DNA of 64,000 bases, taken from NCBI GenBank assembly GCA_951406725.2, contig OX597833.1:68572001-68636000 (forward strand). The letters run 5' to 3'. Numbering within the stretch: the stretch's first letter is position 1; each line of letters begins with the position of its first letter. This stretch comes from Octopus vulgaris (Eukaryota). The translations under genes were made by a program, and so were the position numbers. Positions 54,875-64,000 of the stretch are shown in pieces. Under the pieces are notes generated by a model. It saw nothing but the letters and a program-made list of their open reading frames with translations. It was not told the origin of the DNA and ran no database searches.

Positions 54875-55257
54875 GGCGCAGGAGTGGTTGTGTGGTAAGT
54901 AGCTTGCTAACCAACCTCCTGGTTCCGGGTTCAGTCCCACTGCGTGGCACCTTGGGCAAGTGTCTTCTGCTATAACCCCGGACCGACCAATGCCATGTGA
55001 GTGGATTTGGTAGACGGAAACTGAAAGAAGCCTGTCGTATATATGTATATATATATATGTGTGTGCGTGTTTGTGTATCTGTGTTTGTCACCGATGCTGG
55101 TGTGTTTACGTCCCCGTCACCTAGCGGTTCGGCAAAGAGACCGATAGAATAAGTACTGGGCTTACAAAGAATAAGTCCCGGGGTCGATTTGCTCGACTAA
55201 AGGCGGTGCTCCAGCATGGCCGCAGTCGAATTACTGAAACAAGTAAAAGAGTAAAAT
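54875..55257 (+). mobile_element. Full-length SINE family A
   Basis: ggcgcaggagtggttgtgtggtaag...ggttcagtcccactgcgtggcaccttgggcaag...ctgaaacaagtaaaagagtaaaa. Confidence 0.93.
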
Positions 55258-55749
55258 AGTATTTCATCCTTTTCTCTAAAATTCTGTGTGTGTTTTTGCG
55301 TGCTTGTCTGTGAGTGAGCGCGCGCATACGGTCTTATATTTGTGTTTATAGTTATACCATTCCTATATGTGTATGCATGTGTGCGTGCACACGTGTATAT
55401 TGTTCAAAATTACACTAGAACATGAAACAAAAAAGCTTATTAGCTTGGCGCTCAGGAAGATGGAAGGGTCTTTGAAGTTTCGAGCCTACGCTTTTCTACA
55501 GCAAGGAACTAGGATAATTATAGTTCTATTTCATTACAGATTCTATGATAATATCTGAGGATATATATGGAAAGTTTTGTAGCATATAAATGTATAACGG
55601 AACATATTTAGACGAAGGTATTTCATGCAGTTCTTTGATTTTGAGGTAACTTACAGGCATTGAAGTTTCCATTAAACTATGTTTATGTATGTGCAATTAG
55701 TTTTTTACCTGCTACTAGACTTGCATATGTATGTACGAAATCTACCAAT

Positions 55750-56138
55750 CTGTGTGATAGGTAGCTTGCTTACGAACCACATGGTTCCAGGTTCAGTCCC
55801 ACTGAATGGCACCTTGGGCAAGTGACTTCTACTATAGCCTCCGGCTGACCAAAGCCTTGTAAGTTGATTTGATTGACGGAAACTGAAAGAATCCCGTCGT
55901 ATATATGTATGTGTGTGTGTGTATGTGATTATGTGTCTGTGTTTGTCCCCACAACATTGCTTGACAACCGATGCTGATGTGTTTACGCCCCTGTAACTTA
56001 GCGGTTCGGCAAAAGTGACCGATAGAATAATCACTAGGCTTACAAAGAATAAGTCCTGGGTGTAGATTTGCTCGACTAAAGGCGGTGCTCCAGCATGACC
56101 ACACTCAAATGACTGAAGCGGGTAAAAGAGTGAAAGAG
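55750..56138 (+). mobile_element. SINE family A
   Basis: Same consensus; tail gtaaaagagtgaaagag. Confidence 0.9.
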
Positions 56139-56624
56139 TATATATATATATCCCTAAGCATTACTCTTCAGATTTCGGTGACATTTCTCCCAGAATATCC
56201 GTAGAGATATACTTTGAAACGATACCGCTGTAGTTAAACCTGACTTCGTTAATTTCCTATCCTCAGATAGAATAACAGATAACATGTAGCATTTCACATC
56301 GTACAACGTTTCTTTTAACTTATGAAGCAATACCTGGAACAACATCAATAATGTAGCATGCTATGGAAAAGAGCTAAATTTATTCAAAGATGATGAAGAA
56401 AGAAAAAAAAAAAGAAAAACAGGATAAAAAAGATGGTGAACGCCCATTTATCAGAAGAAAAACACATAATCAAAATCCATCAATTATCGATACATTATTC
56501 AGCGATTAACATCTCATTCAATTCCCGTTAAACCCCGATTCTATATTTAAAACGCATTCAATATTTTATGCATTAAAACTTTTATCAATTCTTAATGCGA
56601 ATCATGTTTTGCTGATGTAGTTAC

Positions 56625-56801
56625 ACATGCATACATATGTATATGGATATATGTGTGTGTGTATGTGTGTGAGTGCGTGTATGTGTGTGTGTGTGTATAT
56701 ATATATATCTATGTGTATGTATGTATATATCTATGAATGTATGTATGCACGTATATATATATATACCTACATAGATACATAGGAATTTGTGTATACACAC
56801 A

Positions 56802-56844
<43 letters not shown>

Positions 56845-56881
56845 ACCTACATAGATACTTAGGAACTTGTGTATACACACA

Positions 56882-56923
<42 letters not shown>

Positions 56924-57140
56924 TATATTTGAATGTATGTGTGTATACACATATATAATACATATACATATAATTAATATACTATGAATGTATGTATGCA
57001 CGTATATATATATATATATATATATACCTACATAGATATATATGAATGTGTGTATACACACATTCATATATATATATATATGACTGTGTCTATACTCTTA
57101 TATAATACATATATATATAATTAATATATTATATAATACA
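56625..57140. repeat. Compound microsatellite with higher-order units
   Basis: cctacatagata...tgtgtatacacacattcatata recurs three times. Confidence 0.85.
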
Positions 57141-58780
57141 TGTTTGCAGATATATTACCCTTTACCCTCTATATCTGAGTGTGTGCCTGTGTGTGTCTAT
57201 GTGTGTTTATGTATTGTATGTGTAGTTCATTATATTCACTTCATAGATTCGTTGACTTTTTATATATTTGAGGCGCGACAGGAGTGCGTCGTCTGTAAAC
57301 ATTTTGTTTCATTCGACAAATTGCTGTGTTCCACATTTTTGCTTTCTTCAACTCATAATGAAAAGGTTTTAGCACATCACGAAGTAATTAACCATCGTTT
57401 CATTACGAAGTTTAGTAAGCCTTTAACCCAAGAGGTATTAAAATGATCTATTAGTCAAAGTTATTCATTAATTATTTCGCACAAGTTTTGCAGAACTTTT
57501 ACATTAGTAAACTTTTGCGCTCCCCGACGTAGTTATGAATAGCAGAAAGACATTTTATATTAACGAAACGAGTTAGCTTGCTTATTAGAAACGGCTAATA
57601 AGAAGGCTGAAACCTGCATTAATTATCTGACCTGTGTAAAATCTTCACTTTATTCTCTGGTCTATCACTAAAACCATCATAGATCCGATGATTCTTTGTT
57701 TTATTCCTCATTAGAATTAATATCGTTCTAACGGGTAATATGTGCCTTAGCAATAATTAAATAACATGGTTGAATTAATGATAATTCTACATTAGACATT
57801 GGAGAAATAAGCGTAGGAATTGGAACGGTGAAGCGTTGTAGTATAGGAAATAACATACCTTATGCCTTCTAATCTAAATTAGACGCAGTTCAGTTTGTAA
57901 CTACGCAATTATCTCCAGTCTCTCGCTCTGGAGATAATTCTTCTATTTTGCACTTTAAATAGTGATGTCGAGATAGCGATCGTTTTGGAATTAGTGAATT
58001 CTTGTAATCCCAATTGGTAATCAAGTATTGGTAGGAAAGAGCGTTAATTTTGTGTCTCATTATATAAAATAGACTTCTACGCTGCACATTCCCTATGGGA
58101 GGATTTAGGCGCAGTGAAATACTCAATTAATGGTGCAACTGGAGTTCATAGTTGCCATCATTTAAAAGTGTGAACAGCATTCTTAAGGCCTAAACTAAGT
58201 AAATATTATATGGCGGTGCGTTTAGGAATCTCACATACGAACCACGTCGTTACCGGTGCAGTTCCAGTCCCTCCCTCAAATATGTATAGTTGTTAAACAC
58301 TACACAACCAAATAAGATGTTATCGCGGACAAATACTGAACAATGTTCAAGACAAATACTTAACAAAGTTCAAATACTGTTACAGTTGCGTAACACGGAT
58401 ATTTTGGAGCGGAGTACCAACGCTTACATATGACATGTTTCAACAATTGTAAAACCATTTTGCATAAAACTATTGCATGCTTTATTAACAAACACATAAC
58501 GAATATATTTCGCCGAACACCCATTCTCACTATTCATTCCTATTCGATATTAGTGTGTGTATATATATAAATATATATATATATATTCTTTTATCTCTAC
58601 TTATTTTTGTCTCTGTCTGTTTACTTCTGCCATGGTGGGGTACCGACTCAAGAGCTATTAGTCGAACAAATAGAGCCTACACAAAATTGTTTAAACGCTT
58701 TATAACAGGGACGCAAAGGAACCAACATTTGTGTTTAAGAGACGATGGGAGACAGAAATAAATATATACAGAGTTACACG

Positions 58781-58817
<37 letters not shown>

Positions 58818-59609
58818 CTATTAGTGTATTTTATTCTTTCATATGTTTCAGCCCCTAAGGCTGTGAGAATTGCTGTAGCTCCACCGGTTTCTATGTACCA
58901 TATCCATTCACACACATTGTATATGTATTAATACTTAGTCAATGGATATTTGCATGAAATCAATTTTATTAACACATAATTAATTCTAAAGACTCACTTT
59001 ATTTTAATTCATTAATACCTTTCCAAACACTCTAATAAATTAATAATTTTGATACCATTTCTTCACTCTAACCATTGGATGGCAGAACCATTTCCAAGTC
59101 TCCTGTCATGTGCTTTATAATGATAATTGCCGTTAAAGACTCTTTCAGTGTGAAATAATGATCTATATGTGTTTCACAGGAACACGATTACATCTTTCGG
59201 TCGTCCTCTTTCCGAACAGATCTGTAGTTGTATCTAAATTATTCAAATCTCATGTATATATATTCAATTGCCTTTTCAAGCCTCTATTCATACGATCAAC
59301 AATAAACACCATTAAGAAGTTCCTAATGAATTATAAATGAAATTTAAATGACGTTTATTGTTCCTATGCTAAATCAAAATGGAATCTTTCGCCAATGTCT
59401 CGAACTTACTGATTCGTTTGTGCATCAGTTCGACTATGTTCCAATAAAACTTTGCTTTGCTAAATATTTGGTGTTGTATTTAGTTATATAAAGTGGTTTA
59501 CGTTGCTGACAGGTTTATTGTGAAATTCGATGTGTTCTGTGACAGTTTAGATAATGGCTTTGTCTCTGCACTCTATCTTCCTGGTGAACTCTCCTCCTCC
59601 GGATAAACT

Positions 59610-59612
<3 letters not shown>

Positions 59613-59669
<57 letters not shown>

Positions 59670-59809
59670 CATACATACAAAGAGAGAGAGAGAGACAGAG
59701 AGATGTGCATATAGAAATATATACATATGTACTCAAATATATTTGCACGAATTTACATGCTATACATATGTAATATATATATATATATATACACATATGT
59801 ACATTTATG

Positions 59810-59841
<32 letters not shown>

Positions 59842-60059
59842 CGCATATGCATATATTTATATATGTATGTATATATATATACATATATACATGTATGTAT
59901 ATATATATACATTTATACATGTATGTATATATATATATACATGTATGCATATATATATATACATGTATGTATATATATATACACGTATGTATATAATGTA
60001 TATAAAAGTATATATATATATATGTATGTATATAAAAGTATATATATATGTATATATAC

Positions 60060-60098
<39 letters not shown>

Positions 60099-60160
60099 TA
60101 CAGACACACACATACATACAAACATACATACATACATACATATATATATATATATACGTA
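59613..60160. repeat. Compound (CA)n/(TA)n/(GA)n array
   Basis: Direct reading. Confidence 0.95.
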
Positions 60161-60552
60161 TGAGTCAATCATTTCCGATTTCAGTAAAGTGTGATTAATG
60201 AATATAAATTCGTATATATATGTAAAAGTAATTAATGCGAAGTCATAAGATTTCTGACTATGTATGCGTATTCTTTTGTTTTGCCGCCATCATTGGAGTG
60301 CTGTCAGGTTTAGGGTCAGAGATACAAATAGTTCATGATGTTAAGCTCCATTTTAGGTACGACGCCCTCAAACCTCGTAAATTTACGCAAGCGAAGCACT
60401 TAGAATAATTAAAATTATTTCGATGGATATTCAGCCATAAATTATAGAATAGTTTGTTCTTCTTTATTGTGTAATTAGAGGTCAGACTTTCTTCAGTAGA
60501 ACTATGATTAAATTATTCTAACGATCTTCTATGTAAGATCGAATTGTAAATG

Positions 60553-60601
<49 letters not shown>

Positions 60602-60603
<2 letters not shown>

Positions 60604-60760
60604 TTTATTTAAAGCAGCACAAAATTCAACAAAATCTGTTACTCTGTGTTTCCCGTTGCCGTTCATCGGACAGTTTTTAAATAAAGCATATTACTCTACC
60701 ACTGGTATTTGAGTGCTCATTTTTCCACCTTGTTTCACATTTATGTGTTTACCCCGGTAT
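60602..60760 (-). mobile_element. Second copy of the 36463 element, with one hammerhead motif (60636-60673)
   Basis: Minus strand CUGU-CCGAUGA-ACG(GCAA)CGG-GAAAC-ACAGA-GUA-ACAG; shares taaataaagcatattactctacc...ccaccttgtttcacatttatgtg with 36612-36690. Confidence 0.75.
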
Positions 60761-61126
60761 ATGTATATATATATATATAGGTGCAGGCGTGGCTGTGTGC
60801 TAAGAAGCTCTCTACTCTCGACCTCATGGTTCTTCGTTCCGTTCCACTGCGTGGCACATTGAGCAAAGGCCTATGCGTATGTGTGCATCTCTGTTCATAT
60901 AACCGATGTACCTATCTACCTCTATGTTGATGTTTCCTTTCATATCCATATGCCTACATATATGTGCATATACATATATGTATATACACACATACGTATA
61001 CATACATACATCTATCTACATATATATATGCATACGCCCACACACATATACATCTATCTATGTAACAGTGCACTAACTATTCTATTCTACCCGTGTAAAC
61101 TGTTGGTATAGAGGGTATGATTTCTA

Positions 61127-61430
61127 CTATGCATATTCCCTATTTAGTATTGAGGAAGTTTCATTTATGAGAACGTACTCCCGTATGTGTCTGAGTGTTG
61201 GGTCCTTCGGGTGCTTGGATAAGATGCGGATGTTACGTTGACCCAGGTTGCCTCCATGTTAGACCTTAGCATTTCGGTACAGTATGGAGGACTTATATTT
61301 GGTTGTCCTTTTGTCTCAAATGTTCATTTAATTTTTCCGCAATACTCCTAGATGTCCCTGCTATGTATGTCACGTTCATGGCTTTACCTTCTATGCATCT
61401 TATGCTGTAAACTACATTTCGCGAGTTCGT
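61127..61430 (-). pseudogene. Penelope-like element GIY-YIG endonuclease remnant (frameshifted)
   Basis: Hand translation RNVVYSIRCIEGKAMNVTYIAGTSRSIAEKLNEHLR, then in another frame HGGNLGQRNIRILSKHPKDPTLRHIREYVLINETSSILNREYA*. This matches the VVY.I.C..C...YIGET.R.L..R..EH ... R...E...I......LN pattern. Confidence 0.82.
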
Positions 61431-61727
61431 TAAAATAATAACAATCTCCTTCATTTATTTCGTTGTGTTAGATTTAGTTCTCATCCAATGTTGAGAATTA
61501 GTATATTCTCTCTTGTTCATATTGTGTAAAGAAACTATTTCAGATTCAAAAACTGCAACATTGAACAAAAAAATTGTTTTAGAAAAATGGAAACTTAACC
61601 AGATTTGGATTTCCCATTTTAGGATAATTTGCTGCGTGCTTTATTCTTTTAAAACTTCGTTGAAAATTGTGATTTGATTTTGAATTTACGTAGCAACTTT
61701 ATTTACATATACCCTTTCCTCACTCAA

Positions 61728-61768
<41 letters not shown>

Positions 61769-61950
61769 CATGTGTGTGTGTGTTTGTGTGAGTGTATATA
61801 TATATATATATATATATACATTGAGAGAAGAACGAGATGGATGCTTCAATTCTATGCTGCTGCCGCATTATGTCGTACGCGAATGAGAGGATTTGCATCC
61901 CCAACCAAGAATTTTTGATGTAACACATGTCCTTGTGGAAGTTGTTGTGC

Positions 61951-62028
61951 GCGGCTGAAGAAGGCCACAGACATACATTATGCATTGTTATAAATCTGTC
62001 TAATAAAGGCCCGAAACATATGTACCGC
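61951..62028 (+). ncRNA. Type I hammerhead ribozyme motif with canonical core
   Basis: GCGG-CUGAAGA-AGGCC...GGCCC-GAAAC-AUAU-GUA-CCGC. Stem I is GCGG/CCGC, stem II is extended (ACAGA/UCUGU) and stem III is the palindrome ACAUAUGU. It lies in a ~295-bp element between TA tracts (61822-62135). Confidence 0.78.
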
Positions 62029-62130
62029 TGAATCCTTGGCATCATGTTTTCATTTTGATCAATTTACTCCTCCACCTACACCACCAAACGGTATATACAG
62101 GTGCTTACAATTATCAAGTACTCACCCCGA

Positions 62131-62178
<48 letters not shown>

Positions 62179-63052
62179 CAAACTTTCAAGATTATACAAA
62201 AACCAAAACAAAGAGACATGTATTGAAGCCAGAAGATGTATTAGTTTGATGCTCAGGAAAAATAGATGTCTTTGACGTTTCGGACCGAAGTTCTTGTCTA
62301 TAAACCAACGAGAAATAAACAATGAAGAGAGGAAGAAATAGGTCTGGTTTAACAGTTGAACTTGCTCATTATTCACAAATAATCGAATGCGTATATAAAG
62401 AAAAAAAGGATATTACTATGCATTAACAGACAACTTTGAAGATCGAATTAGTAAAAGATCTGAAAAGGGTTGAATAAAAGTATGCAGAAATAACCGTTTC
62501 AGGTATCTAAGATGATGTGTTTCTGTCTAACCTTTGTCTGATGTATATTGTTTTTACCTCCAAGGCATTTACTATTCAATAAATCAATTGGTCTTAGGTT
62601 TCGGTATACGCCGCAGGAAATACCAGAGCTCAGTGTAGAGAGAAATGACAGTAAGAGATATAATTCAATATTGCAAGTCACTAAACAGAGTGAGAGGAGA
62701 AATATCTTCAATAAAATAGATCCGCAAAGCAAGTTTATACTTTGGTCTCCGATGCCAAACAGCATATACTATACCTCTGACAAATAAGATACCAGTTTTA
62801 ATCATCCCCACAAATTGCAGCCTTTCTCAAATAGTAGGAGGACAGTCAACAGTCTTGACCAAGGTGGAGGCATGTTACCTTCGAGTTTCATAAAATAACC
62901 TGTCCGAACACATGTTTTGTAGTAGTTCTTCCTCTCATATCTCGTCCTGCATCCGTTTGCCCTGTAGCGATTTTTCAGTTAAAATGAGAGCTTTAACCAC
63001 CCCGCAGTGGGATCGGCATACACCGCTATATTCATGGATTAGTATAAAATAA

Positions 63053-63441
63053 ATCCATCCATCCATCCAGTCAAAGTCGACTCAATGTTCTCCAGTCAGT
63101 TCTATCCTGGGTCGCTTCTTTCAGATTGGCTATGTCCATTCCGGTATCACTCTTGATTGTGTCAAGCCAGCGGGTTCTTGGTCGGCCTCTTCCTCTCTTG
63201 TCACTGGCCATTCCGAGCATGATGTCATTCTCCAGGGATTTTCTCCTCATAATATGACCAAAATATGCCAATCTATACTTGGTGATCCTAGCTTCTAGCG
63301 ACAGCTTCGGTTTGATCTGCTTAAGAACTTCTCCACTTGTGAGCTTCACTGTCCATGGAATCCGTAAAATTCTTCTTCAACACCAATGCATTAATTCTCG
63401 TCTGGTCAGTTTTTTGGGGTGTCCAGGTCTCGCATCCATAT
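63053..63441 (-). pseudogene. RTE-clade (BovB-like) LINE 3' end
   Basis: YGCETWT...RRILRIPWT...LEARITKYRLAYFGHIMRR.SLENDIMLG...KRGRGRPRTRWLD...QDRTDWR; short (GGAT)n tandem tail typical of RTE. Confidence 0.92.
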
Positions 63442-63634
63442 TAATATTCATTTAGTGTCAAGGCGTCGGGATGTTCTGAAAAGTGGAAACGCAAAGCAAC
63501 GCGTTCAATATAGGGTTGCTGTTTCTTTATATTTCAAATGAATATTTTCTGATACCGTTTTTGTCATTGATGAGGATTATGGTGGTGTTTATTGTGCCTC
63601 ATCAGAAAGTATGTCAGACACGACGACCATGTCC

Positions 63635-63864
63635 TATACTTTTTACTTGTTTCGCTCATTGGACGGAAGCCGCGCTGCGACAGCTTCTTGAATGATTTCA
63701 TCGAACAAATCAACCCGATCACTTATTTTTTTACATGTCACGTACTTATTCTCTCCCCCTCTACGTCGAACTGACAAATTACGTGGATATAAACACAGCA
63801 ACATCGGTTTAGAGATGGCAGGCCAGAAACAGTACACACAGATACGCACGCACACATTCTCTTT

Positions 63865-63875
<11 letters not shown>
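63635..63875 (-). mobile_element. Old A-like SINE 3' half
   Basis: tttttacttgtttcgctcattgg...tcgaacaaatcaaccc...tacttattctc...taaacacagcaacatcggtt. Confidence 0.55.
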
Positions 63876-63910
<35 letters not shown>

Positions 63911-64000
63911 GATAGATAGATAGATACTATGTATACAATAAATTCTCTTTGAATTCAAATAAAAATATAACTGAAATATCTGAATTAAATGGATTTTTGA

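Noticed and set aside
62499-62765. LRR-like exon (LSTLSSGI...NLRPIDL)
   Set aside because: Single weak pattern without splice support; the DNA instead has a ggtat...atacc-gaaac stem suggesting another decayed repeat.

Overview
AT-rich eukaryotic, non-coding (intronic or intergenic) DNA, saturated with (TA)n/(CA)n/(TATG)n/(AAT)n microsatellites and decayed mobile elements. The repeat style resembles an octopus (coleoid cephalopod) genome, but this is an inference. I found no host protein-coding exon, and nearly all ORF-track entries are microsatellite or SINE artefacts. Recognisable content: many tRNA-derived SINEs (at least four families), LINE remnants (RTE, R4/Dong-like, CR1-like), an internally deleted mariner with both TIRs, a Penelope-type GIY-YIG remnant and several MITE or foldback elements. 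Three signals stand out. First, a dispersed set of minimal hammerhead-ribozyme motifs in short elements next to (TA)n, including one with a canonical core (61951-62028), a head-to-head pair in a palindrome, and recurrent core variants. Second, repeated short inverted copies of flanking DNA lodged across (TA)n tracts. Third, a SINE family whose 3' end reads back into its own body at independent loci. All coordinates were read by eye and may be off by a few bases.
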